A stretch of 64,000 bases of DNA from a virus. Lineage: Duplodnaviria; Caudoviricetes. Within the stretch, counting starts at the first letter, position 1, and every line of letters starts with the position of its first letter. The position numbers and the translations under genes were made by a program. Shown in pieces: positions 50,796-59,046 of the stretch. The stretch spans positions 16,443-80,442 of IMG/VR virus record IMGVR_UViG_3300010352_000284; one strand, written 5' to 3'. The notes under the pieces are model-generated. The model was not told the origin of the DNA and searched no databases. It saw only the letters and a list, made by a program, of their open reading frames with translations.

Positions 50796-51157
50796 AGACC
50801 ATCCTTTACTATTTCAAAAACGTCTACAATTTTAGGGTCTTCAAAAATTTCAATACAACACTCATCTTTTAACAATTTAGCGACAACATCATAGACTTTA
50901 TAATCAATAATGCCATAAAATTTTTGTCCATTCAATTCGAGATAACGTTTACTTGATTTCAACATATTCGTCATCGCTGAATTGAATGCTCCTTTTGAAC
51001 TCCACGTTTTTCCTGTTTTTGACCAACGTTTAGCAGCATCCTTCTCGTTGGTTTGAATACCCCAATGACCCGATAATCCAGAAATGTAAAAAGGAATTTC
51101 TCCTCCGCCAATCCAATATAACCCTGTCTTTTTGTTTTTCAATTTATAGACAGCCAT
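50792..51157 (-). CDS. Hypothetical phage protein
   Basis: VYKLKNKKTGLY...WSKTGKTW. Confidence 0.6.
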   Translation of the reverse strand: MAVYKLKNKKTGLYWIGGGEIPFYISGLSGHWGIQTNEKDAAKRWSKTGKTWSSKGAFNSAMTNMLKSSKRYLELNGQKFYGIIDYKVYDVVAKLLKDECCIEIFEDPKIVDVFEIVKDGL

Positions 51158-51179
51158 GAAGACTCCGATTGAAAATAAT

Positions 51180-51341
51180 TTAACGACACTTTTCCATTCG
51201 TTTTCTATTGAATTTTAAGTAAGGAGAACTGTATGTATTGTTATTCGGGAATATTTGCCGTAATATGTTCATTTGTTCCCCATCGGAATAATGAGATATG
51301 CAAACCGAATAACCATTACGTACACACAATTTAATTTTCAT
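51180..51341 (-). CDS. MKI-type microprotein (53 aa, not in track)
   Basis: MKIKLCV...RKRMEKCR. Confidence 0.55.
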   Translation of the reverse strand: MKIKLCVRNGYSVCISHYSDGEQMNILRQIFPNNNTYSSPYLKFNRKRMEKCR

Positions 51342-51562
51342 AAGTATTTCCGAATCAATTCTTTATATTGTTTGAAATTTGTCCGTTTTAGAAATCTCAG
51401 ATTATAATGGATTATAGCAGTTATACAAGATTTGTTATCAATGTCACAGTTCTTTGGGTAAATATCTGTGCCGTTTTTGAAACAGACAAAATTGATATTC
51501 CCATCAGGTGTGAAATTAAATTCACCTGTTGGGTCGTGATATATTTTTGCGACAACCTTCAT
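51338..51562 (-). CDS. Microprotein
   Basis: MKVVAKI...LIRKYL. Confidence 0.55.
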   Translation of the reverse strand: MKVVAKIYHDPTGEFNFTPDGNINFVCFKNGTDIYPKNCDIDNKSCITAIIHYNLRFLKRTNFKQYKELIRKYL

Positions 51563-51758
51563 GAAAACCTCCGGTGCATTCTAGAAGCAAATTTTTTATT
51601 TAACAAACTAAATCCCGAAATGAATATGTAATAAGAGGTGTTTTGAATTTCTTCTAAAGCATCAAGACGAACTATTTTTGTATATTCTTTTCGGTTCTCG
51701 CAAGTAAAAACATATCATTGTATGAATCGGGCGGTGTTATGCGAAATCTCACAACCAT
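51559..51758 (-). pseudogene. Frameshifted microprotein
   Basis: MVVRFRI... stops after 28 aa; the -1 frame continues to ...SRMHRRFS* and couples to the next ATG. Confidence 0.4.
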
Positions 51759-51937
51759 TTATAAATCCTTTTGGCGAATATACGATTTTCATAATTAAAA
51801 GCTAATATCCATGGATTAAGTGAAATATGATCATCCCACCGAAAATCTTCAATCAACAAGCTTTCGCGATTGTTTACACTTCTTACAAATCTTGCTGTAA
51901 ATAATCCCGGTTTTTTATACTTCAATCTGATTTTCAT
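51749..51937 (-). CDS. MKI-type microprotein
   Basis: MKIRLKY...KRIYKWL. Confidence 0.6.
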   Translation of the reverse strand: MKIRLKYKKPGLFTARFVRSVNNRESLLIEDFRWDDHISLNPWILAFNYENRIFAKRIYKWL

Positions 51938-52172
51938 TGTCGCGAAACCTCTTTTTCACAAGTTCCAGGTATCCTTCGAAAATTGAATTTATCCACACAA
52001 ATATAGTAAAACTAAATCGCCCTGTAAAGCCCATTTTATCGGACTTTGACAGTATTTGTCTATCCACATTTTATACACATTTTTGAACGTATCCACAATC
52101 TATCAACATAGGTAAAAATAGGTATATTCACCCCTTTAATCGATTGAGAAAAACATATGCTGAAAATATGAA

Positions 52173-52358
52173 TTATTTCTTCACAGACTTCATAATCAAT
52201 GTGAGTTTTCTAAGTTTGTTGATTTTTGGTTTATTAGATAATACAAGTCCACCATCCCGAACTATGAATATTGGATTTGTGTCATCGAATACTCGTCATG
52301 CCCGAAATGTTGGGTAATATATCGATTGTGTTGGAAAATATTTCATTACAATTTTCAT
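52173..52358 (-). pseudogene. MKI-type microprotein with an in-frame TGA at codon 21
   Basis: MKIVMKYFPTQSIYYPTFRA*RVFDDTNP...KLRKLTLIMKSVKK; TGA at 52296-52298. Confidence 0.5.
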
Positions 52359-53373
52359 AGTCCCTCAATCTGCTGTTCGTTGTTCGTTGAAACTCTGTCG
52401 CCACCAAGAATCAGATTCCCACAAGTCACTGCTCCTTTTTCTTCATCCATTGAGGGAACGAAGACAAGAACATCAAATCCATTGTCTTCAAATTTTGTTC
52501 AACTGATTCATAAGGGGTGTAGGAAGAATATCCATCAACAGTTTCAATTCCATTTTTCCGACATTCTTTATTGTTATGGATTGGAGTGATTTTTATCATG
52601 AACTTATTGCTATCAAACAACGACTTCAAACGGCTACCATCAATCTTAAATGTTGAAGCATATGCGAAATTCAAACAATATTTTCTTCCAACTGGTTCTG
52701 GTAAACGCTCTCCGATTTTACTCAATTGTTCAAGAGTTATTGCCTTATTAGAAAACATATATTGCCGCTGGTCTTCATCAGTCGAATTGATGCTGAATTG
52801 AAGTCCTGCTTGCCCATTATACATTTCATTCTTAATGTCGCACCATTGGAGAATTCGAGATTCCAAATCGTTCAAATAGTTTGGAAGGGATGTTGTTAGA
52901 ACTGGATGTAGAACTTCAATTCTCAAATCCAATTCTTCTTGAAGCTGTCGTTTATTTTGGTGTAAATATTCCGCAAACTTGAAAACGGCCTTGTTGAAAA
53001 TAGGCTCTCCACACCGTGCAAAATGAAGATTCAAACGTTCTGAATATTTGACATTAGGGAACAGATTCCTAGCATTCTTGAATTGAGAGAACAAATCGTC
53101 AAACGAGCAATTGCCACGGAACGGAATGTTTGGACATGAGCAGAAGACGCATGATTGAGAACATCCTCGCTGAGTTGAAACCGTTATCACCCATTTGCTC
53201 TGAATAGGCTCGCAAATTCCGTTAGAAACTCCATTCAGAGGTTTTGAAAGTCCAAGAAAATCGGCTTTGACATTCTTTGACTTCCCATAATCTCCAATTG
53301 ATAATGTTTCTAATTGATAGTTCTTATAATCTTCAATGAACAAATACCCTGTAGGAATTTTAATGATTTTCAT
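52355..53373 (-). CDS. RlmN/Cfr-like radical SAM enzyme, split by a -1 frameshift at about 52489-52495
   Basis: STQRGCSQSCVFC, ARCGEP, LQFSINSTDE.QR. The 0 frame stops at 52426; the -1 frame supplies GFDVLVFVPS.DEE...TCGNL and ends at 52355. Confidence 0.75.
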
Positions 53374-53548
53374 ATTTCCCTCTTTTGATTAGTGTTGGTT
53401 TTCTTGAATTTTCGATCATGTAAATAGTTTCAAAGTTTCCATTTACCTTACATGAAAGAAATTGGAGTCGGTTACAATCGTTTGGATAATATAACCTAAA
53501 CATGTGATGCCCCCATTTATCTTTTTCATATTTTAGAGTAAGTTTCAT
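53360..53548 (-). CDS. MKI-type microprotein
   Basis: MKLTLKY...LIKRGKYENH. Confidence 0.55.
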   Translation of the reverse strand: MKLTLKYEKDKWGHHMFRLYYPNDCNRLQFLSCKVNGNFETIYMIENSRKPTLIKRGKYENH

Positions 53549-53742
53549 TGAGACCTCTTGCACCCAAACGGAGTTCTTTTTATCTTATCTTTGTTATAAA
53601 TTAAACCAACATTACTAACCCAGAACAGTAAATATTCATTAGCATATTCGAATCTTACAGGTTTATATGTTTTGTAATCACAGTTAATAAACCTAACATA
53701 AAAATTGGATGTTTCAGGTAAGCATCTTAAGATAATTTTCAT
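53545..53742 (-). CDS. MKI-type microprotein
   Basis: MKIILRC...DKIKRT. Confidence 0.55.
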   Translation of the reverse strand: MKIILRCLPETSNFYVRFINCDYKTYKPVRFEYANEYLLFWVSNVGLIYNKDKIKRTPFGCKRSQ

Positions 53743-53924
53743 AGAGCCGCCCTTATCTTGTCAAAAAATATAACGTTTCTTGTACTCTTTGTGAAATACT
53801 GACTTTCTCCGAGATTATTGCTCCAGAAAGGCATTTTGTAATTGTGTGGATTTTCGTGATTAATAAGAATAAAGCAATGCCAGACAGAATCTTCTTCATG
53901 CTTATATTTCAATCCAATTTTCAT
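53739..53924 (-). CDS. MKI-type microprotein (tandem duplicate)
   Basis: MKIGLKY...VIFFDKIRAAL. Confidence 0.6.
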   Translation of the reverse strand: MKIGLKYKHEEDSVWHCFILINHENPHNYKMPFWSNNLGESQYFTKSTRNVIFFDKIRAAL

Positions 53925-54103
53925 AGAGCCGCCCTTATCTTATCAAAAAATATAACTTTCCTACTGAGTCTATTTGTATAATACTTACTTTTCCTATTAT
54001 TGCACCAGAAAACCAGTTTGTACATGTTTAGATTATAATCAACTATATCAAACATATGCCATGCCAAATTTTTGTCATAATTATATCTCAACCCTATTTT
54101 CAT
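53921..54103 (-). CDS. MKI-type microprotein (tandem duplicate)
   Basis: MKIGLRY...VIFFDKIRAAL. Confidence 0.6.
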   Translation of the reverse strand: MKIGLRYNYDKNLAWHMFDIVDYNLNMYKLVFWCNNRKSKYYTNRLSRKVIFFDKIRAAL

Positions 54104-54127
54104 ATAACCGAATTCTTAAACTTATCT

Positions 54128-54298
54128 TCAAACCAACCTCTTTATCTTCAAGCGTTTGGCAATCTTAATATATCTTTTATTATCTCCTCCTGAAAAATAT
54201 AATGTGAACCAATCTGTCGAAAAACAAAAACTACCATAATTAGTAATATATCCATAGTCTGATTCAAAATCTTTAGAACATCGTAATCGTATCTTCAT
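54128..54298 (-). CDS. MKI...KRL microprotein
   Basis: MKIRLRC...IAKRLKIKRLV. Confidence 0.6.
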   Translation of the reverse strand: MKIRLRCSKDFESDYGYITNYGSFCFSTDWFTLYFSGGDNKRYIKIAKRLKIKRLV

Positions 54299-54459
54299 TT
54301 CGTTCCCCATCTTTTCAGTCTTTTATGATAGTATTCGACAACATTATCATTTGCCGCAACCAGGGAATACTTTTTACTCTCAATGAAATAAAAAGAACCA
54401 AATTTAGTTATTCTCAAAGCTTTCTTGATTTTCACATTTCTTCCAATCTTCAAAACCAT
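54295..54459 (-). CDS. Microprotein (54 aa, not in track)
   Basis: MVLKIGRNVKIK...HKRLKRWGTK. Confidence 0.5.
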   Translation of the reverse strand: MVLKIGRNVKIKKALRITKFGSFYFIESKKYSLVAANDNVVEYYHKRLKRWGTK

Positions 54460-54477
54460 TCATCCAACATCAGATGA

Positions 54478-54506
54478 AATATAATCAATTTTTTCTTCCA
54501 AGGCAA
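54478..54506 (-). promoter_or_regulatory. sigma70-like promoter TTGCCT-17-TATATT
   Basis: Spacer again begins TGGAAGAA. Confidence 0.6.
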
Positions 54507-54507
54507 G

Positions 54508-54732
54508 TCAACCCATCTTATAAAATTCATCGCCTGTTATAATTTTTATCCTCATACGTTTACAGAATTTTACTAATATTGGGCATCTTTTTATTTGTTC
54601 GTCTGTAGTCATTAAATAAAACTTAGACACAAAGCACCAGTCTGAAATGCCTCTTCCTTCCTCAAATCCAAGATAAAAACTAAAATCATCATCACCTTCA
54701 TTATCTTTCTTAACTTTCAAAACAATCTTCAC
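54508..54732 (-). CDS. MKI...KRL microprotein
   Basis: MKIVLKV...CKRMRIK. Confidence 0.6.
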   Translation of the reverse strand: MKIVLKVKKDNEGDDDFSFYLGFEEGRGISDWCFVSKFYLMTTDEQIKRCPILVKFCKRMRIKIITGDEFYKMG

Positions 54733-54911
54733 GATTTTTCTCCCCAGCGTTTTATCATTCGGTTCAAGATTTTGTGATTTACAGATTTACAACAACCTCG
54801 TTCACCATGAGCAACCCAATATCCTACAAAATCATAATTATCCCATTGCTGGTCTAACCTAAATTGGAAAACTGTCGCATCGTTGTCAAAAACTTTCATG
54901 TACATTTTCAT
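54729..54911 (-). CDS. MKI-type microprotein
   Basis: MKMYMKV...ILNRMIKRW. Confidence 0.6.
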   Translation of the reverse strand: MKMYMKVFDNDATVFQFRLDQQWDNYDFVGYWVAHGERGCCKSVNHKILNRMIKRWGEKS

Positions 54912-55093
54912 TTGATTCTACTCTTTCCAAAACGTTTATGAAGATTTATATTCCCCTCATTCTTTCCATATGAGCTAACATAATCTTCATAAACATAGTA
55001 ACGATCATCATAATCTGTATTGAAAGATATTCTTACGCCTCGAGCTGTGTTATAGCTGCCCGCGAATATATGCATTCTAACTTTCATCTCCAT
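54908..55093 (-). CDS. MKI-type microprotein
   Basis: MKVRMHI...HKRFGKSRIK. Confidence 0.55.
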   Translation of the reverse strand: MEMKVRMHIFAGSYNTARGVRISFNTDYDDRYYVYEDYVSSYGKNEGNINLHKRFGKSRIK

Positions 55094-55518
55094 TTCTCCA
55101 ATCTCTGAAAAAATCGGCTGCCCATTGGTTCAATACGAATTCCTTTGATGTTTGCTGTTACCATTCTTATGCTACATTCATTAAGTCCCATTCTTATTAT
55201 TTTCCGCTTTCTTATTTTTGAATACAAGCATTTCAATCCAAACTTACAACTTGGAATGAAATTACCGGTTATACAAATACGGTTATTGAAATAAGGTAAG
55301 ACTAGGGCAATGCTACAAATCAATCCAATCACCGGAACAAAATAAATTAACAAGCCTCCCGTAATTAAAAGACTCGCCGTAATTCCCCAACCATCATCAT
55401 CAAACAACCAGTCTGACAATTTTACAAATATGAATAATAATGGAAGACTACAGAATACAAAACTCCAAACAATCAGAGTAGGAATTACATACCACCAAGA
55501 AAATGACAACAACTTCAT
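55084..55518 (-). CDS. Membrane protein with a basic C-terminal module (RLEKWR)
   Basis: Two or three TM segments, then KFG...KRKIIR. Confidence 0.6.
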   Translation of the reverse strand: MKLLSFSWWYVIPTLIVWSFVFCSLPLLFIFVKLSDWLFDDDGWGITASLLITGGLLIYFVPVIGLICSIALVLPYFNNRICITGNFIPSCKFGLKCLYSKIRKRKIIRMGLNECSIRMVTANIKGIRIEPMGSRFFQRLEKWR

Positions 55519-55691
55519 CGTTCTATCCTTTTCAAAATTTTCAGTTCAATTTTTCTTTCTCTGCTACTGTTATTCATATGGTTTGGAATTAATTTAGCAT
55601 TTCGTACAACTAAACAAATATCATCGTTCGTATTATTCATTCCAAAAACCCACATTTCTGCATGCTTATAAACTTCATATCGTATTTTCAT
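55515..55691 (-). CDS. MKI...KRL microprotein
   Basis: MKIRYEV...LKILKRIER. Confidence 0.6.
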   Translation of the reverse strand: MKIRYEVYKHAEMWVFGMNNTNDDICLVVRNAKLIPNHMNNSSRERKIELKILKRIER

Positions 55692-56029
55692 TGCCACCTC
55701 TTCATTCTGTTTTCGTATTTCTTCCCAGGCGACATCTGCGAGCAGCATTTCCAATTCGTTTCTAGCAAATTAAAATCTCCTGTTCTTTTCATTGTAAGAC
55801 GGACAACTTTCCTACGTTTGAACAATTGTCTAACTCCGAATTTTACTATTTTTGGCTTGATAGGTTCTGCTAAATCAAAATAGAACACAACAATCAAATA
55901 TAATGTTACTGGAATTATGATGAATGGATAATAAAACAGCCCAATTATAAGCGTAGCGAGAGATGAATATGATAGCAAGTCCGCCTCGTCGACGAACCCA
56001 GGAACAATTTTGACCAATATGAGAGACAT
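55688..56029 (-). CDS. Membrane protein with a basic C-terminal module (RMKRWQ)
   Basis: TM segments, then KFG...RRKVVR; the 5' end may be degraded. Confidence 0.5.
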   Translation of the reverse strand: MSLILVKIVPGFVDEADLLSYSSLATLIIGLFYYPFIIIPVTLYLIVVFYFDLAEPIKPKIVKFGVRQLFKRRKVVRLTMKRTGDFNLLETNWKCCSQMSPGKKYENRMKRWQ

Positions 56030-56122
56030 TGCTATTGCTGGGATATACGGAATCGCACATACCCAATTATCAACGCGGCAAACATTCGAAACAATTTATA
56101 TTCCATCGTTACATATTTCCTC

Positions 56123-56314
56123 CTAAACTACAGGTCTCTTAAGTCTTCTCTTATATGTTTCTTTTATCCTGACATATTTCGACCCTGAAAAATCATTCCA
56201 AAGTCCTACAAGTCCAGACTCATAAAATCTAGATACTCCACAAAACCGTCCACAAAGCAGTCTCATTTCAGCAAATCCACCACGTATTCCAAACTTCAAT
56301 CTAATTTTTGCCAT
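56123..56314 (-). CDS. MKI...KRL microprotein
   Basis: MAKIRLKF...YKRRLKR. Confidence 0.6.
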   Translation of the reverse strand: MAKIRLKFGIRGGFAEMRLLCGRFCGVSRFYESGLVGLWNDFSGSKYVRIKETYKRRLKRPVV

Positions 56315-56321
56315 ATGTTCC

Positions 56322-56513
56322 TCACTGTTCTTTCAATCCAAGCCGACGTAGAATCTTATATTCTTTTTCAACGTATGGATGCTCTTAGTGAAATGATTGT
56401 AATACAGTATCCCCAATGTAGCAAAATAAACGAATACCGCAATACGAGGGATTTCCAAACGTGTAATATCTACCAACCGTATTTTTGTACTTAACACAAT
56501 ATCTAATTTTCAA
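56322..56513 (-). pseudogene. MKI...KRL microprotein with an in-frame TAA at codon 43
   Basis: LKIRYCVKY...QSFH*EHPYVEKEYKILRRLGLKEQ; TAA at 56385-56387. Confidence 0.55.
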
Positions 56514-56644
56514 ACCTCTCTCCTTTTTAATCTTTTTTGAAACTTTTCACGGTAATAATCTGAATAATATTTCCCATGAACCGAAACTTTATCAGAATAT
56601 AGCGCATACATATTAATATCTTTCACAAACATTGATATCTTCAT
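56510..56644 (-). CDS. MKI...KRL microprotein (44 aa, not in track)
   Basis: MKISMFV...FQKRLKRREV. Confidence 0.55.
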   Translation of the reverse strand: MKISMFVKDINMYALYSDKVSVHGKYYSDYYREKFQKRLKRREV

Positions 56645-56823
56645 TTTATCCCTAACCTCCTCAAAATGTTCTGTTCAATTTGGTACTTTGGATGGGATTT
56701 TTGATGATTCGCGACGATACGATTTTCAAAAATTCTGTAAAACAAACTGGCGTCCTTATAATTATTCCCACCAATAGCAAAATTCCCAGAACTGTTGATT
56801 CTAACTCTATATACAATCTTCAT
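56641..56823 (-). CDS. MKI...KRL microprotein
   Basis: MKIVYRV...NILRRLGIK. Confidence 0.6.
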   Translation of the reverse strand: MKIVYRVRINSSGNFAIGGNNYKDASLFYRIFENRIVANHQKSHPKYQIEQNILRRLGIK

Positions 56824-56954
56824 TTCCTAATCCTTTCATCCAAATCAAAACAAACATCATAACTATAATTCAACCAAACTATAAACTTACGACAATTCTT
56901 ACTAACAGTTTTATGCCACACATCACACGACTTCCAATTAATCCTATGAATCAT
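56820..56954 (-). CDS. Microprotein (44 aa, not in track)
   Basis: MIHRINW...DERIRK; ATGA overlaps at both ends. Confidence 0.5.
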   Translation of the reverse strand: MIHRINWKSCDVWHKTVSKNCRKFIVWLNYSYDVCFDLDERIRK

Positions 56955-57136
56955 ATAATACTCTTCTTTCCAAATCTCCTGTAATTAACCGTCATATAAC
57001 ATCCAAGACACGAATTAATATTATTCTTATTGATGTAATACTCTCCATAAAAATCATCAGCCTTAATAATTATCCTCGCACACAAATCCGTTATCCCAGA
57101 CACCCCCCATTCACAAATCTTATATCTAATCTTCAT
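56951..57136 (-). CDS. MKI-type microprotein
   Basis: MKIRYKI...YRRFGKK. Confidence 0.6.
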   Translation of the reverse strand: MKIRYKICEWGVSGITDLCARIIIKADDFYGEYYINKNNINSCLGCYMTVNYRRFGKKSII

Positions 57137-57345
57137 CTCTTCCTCCTACCATTCAAAGCGTTCATTCTCAAATCATCACTTATCCCATCCCAAATAACTT
57201 CCAGTCTATTATAAACAAAATTTAGCATTTCATCTTCAACTCTGTCAAATATTTTTCCCCGCTTCTTCCTAATATTATAATCAACATCATCATATAAATG
57301 CCTGTTAATATAACGGATTTCACAAAAATTAATTTCACGAATCAT
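57133..57345 (-). CDS. Hypothetical small protein
   Basis: MIREINF...; SD GGAGG. Confidence 0.5.
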   Translation of the reverse strand: MIREINFCEIRYINRHLYDDVDYNIRKKRGKIFDRVEDEMLNFVYNRLEVIWDGISDDLRMNALNGRRKR

Positions 57346-57514
57346 ACTCAACCTCCGTTCCCAAATCCTCATTAACAAACCAACGATAATTCTCAGCTTG
57401 ACTTATCTCAGCAAAACTCCGAGCAACAATCCGACGAATCCCAGCATCACATCGCCTCATAATAAAATCCCGAAACTCAGTATATAAATCGGATTTCCTA
57501 ACTTCATGTATCAT
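57335..57514 (-). CDS. Hypothetical small protein (59 aa, not in track)
   Basis: MIHEVRK...; loosely similar to the downstream ORF. Confidence 0.45.
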   Translation of the reverse strand: MIHEVRKSDLYTEFRDFIMRRCDAGIRRIVARSFAEISQAENYRWFVNEDLGTEVEYDS

Positions 57515-58496
57515 TCACACACCTCCCAACAAAAGAATTCTCAGCATCAAATTTATTATTATACTTTACAATACAATCTAAACAATTATTCCGACATATA
57601 TTATCAGAATGAATGTCGTGCCGCTTCACCCATTCAAATCTCTCTTCTCTCATTCTTTCACCAACCTGGCCAATTGGCTCTCCACCCTCACGCATGTATA
57701 TCACACAAGGATAATGATGATCACCCGAAACAACCATGTCATCCAAAGCAATCCAACACTTCCGACAATCAGCCTCACTAACTCCACGAACATTAACACC
57801 ATTCATAACATTCTCAATCCGATACTTCAAAATAGGATACTTTCTATATATCTCTTCAGGAATATCTATGACAACATCTAATATCTGATTATATTGTGCC
57901 GCAGAAATAATCCGAATGTCCGAAACTCCTAGTCCAGAAGCAAATTCAATAACATCCCGCAATGTATGAACAGTCTCCTCAGTTACAACAATACCAACTG
58001 TCGTATACACCCGCTTAGAAACATGACGAATACATTCTACCACCTTCTCAAAAACTCCACTCCGTCCAGCCATCATGTCTCCATACGAAGAACAACAAGC
58101 ATCTAACGAAATGGAAAAATCATTCACCCCAGCTTCAATCAACTTGTCATAAACATCCAACCCCGCAGAACCGTTGGAAGAAATGGCAATCCGCGAAACA
58201 TTAGAATCCCGACAATGCGAAACTAACTTCTCCAATCCCGGCCATAAAGTCGGCTCACCTCCAGAAAAACGAACATTCTCCAATCCCTCAGAAATCCACA
58301 GGTCAACAATCCGCAACGCCTCAGAATAACTCAACGTCTTCTTCAAATCACTTCGCTGACCACGACAATACTTACACTTAAAATTACAAGCATCCGTCAA
58401 AATCAATTCACACCTCTTCAAATCACTCTCATTGGTAGCCGATACACAACGAGAATCCGAAAGAGTGTAAAATCCAATATCTTCAAGCTTCATCAC
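57504..58496 (-). CDS. Radical SAM enzyme (MoaA/SPASM-like)
   Basis: CNFKCKYC, GGEPTL, SISLD, C-terminal Cys cluster; SD GGAGG. Confidence 0.85.
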   Translation of the reverse strand: MMKLEDIGFYTLSDSRCVSATNESDLKRCELILTDACNFKCKYCRGQRSDLKKTLSYSEALRIVDLWISEGLENVRFSGGEPTLWPGLEKLVSHCRDSNVSRIAISSNGSAGLDVYDKLIEAGVNDFSISLDACCSSYGDMMAGRSGVFEKVVECIRHVSKRVYTTVGIVVTEETVHTLRDVIEFASGLGVSDIRIISAAQYNQILDVVIDIPEEIYRKYPILKYRIENVMNGVNVRGVSEADCRKCWIALDDMVVSGDHHYPCVIYMREGGEPIGQVGERMREERFEWVKRHDIHSDNICRNNCLDCIVKYNNKFDAENSFVGRCVNDT

Positions 58497-58509
58497 TCAC
58501 CTCCAGGAA

Positions 58510-58700
58510 AAATTAAAAAATAAATCAATCATAAACATACTCCAATGAAAACATAGATAAAGAAAATAAACAGGTGAAAATAATAATGAATAGAGAAAAA
58601 TAAGGAATGAAATAATAATGAATGAAAATGTGTGAAAAATAATGAAAGGAAATAATAAGGAAATACGAAAAACATGTGAAAATAATAATGAATAAAATTA
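58510..58700. repeat. Purine-rich low-complexity tract (AAAATAATAATGAAT-like units)
   Basis: Imperfect units, e.g. at about 58579, 58610 and 58680; no ORF. Confidence 0.6.
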
Positions 58701-58968
58701 TCTTTTCGAATAATACGTCTCGAAGTTTAACGCCCCCAGATCACGGTTTGGGGTAAAATACCGTTTTCGTAGCTTTTTGGCCTTTCCTACCCCCAACCCT
58801 ACTGTTTTCATGGTTTTCACTTTTCATCATGGTATTTTTCATTTCTTCTCATTTTGTTTTACTCAGCTTCATTTCGTCTCACACTCATCTATTCACAATC
58901 TATAAACACTGGTGGACACTCATACAACGTGACAGAGTTTCGTGGCAAGACATCATTACCCATGCTCC

Positions 58969-59015
58969 AATCTAATATTTCAAAACAGTCTGGTCAACTC
59001 AAACTTTTCCTCGAG
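58969..59015 (-). promoter_or_regulatory. Cassette promoter, leftward (half motif + TTGACC-17-TAGATT)
   Basis: CTCGAGGAAAAGTT, then 27 nt, then TAGATT on the - strand. Confidence 0.7.
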
Positions 59016-59046
59016 CCATTTCATTTGAACTCAACCAGCATCAGGC

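Noticed and set aside
51934-52140. Additional microprotein upstream of 51937
   Set aside because: All frames are interrupted and there is no clear start; at most a degraded remnant.
52173-56513. Stop-codon reassignment
   Set aside because: The internal stops are of different types (TGA, TAA), long genes are intact in code 11, and TGA/TAA end most genes.
43862-57136. Diversity-generating retroelement behind the microprotein variation
   Set aside because: No reverse transcriptase in the window and no template/variable pair differing only at adenines; the duplicates differ at all base types. An RT elsewhere in the genome cannot be excluded.
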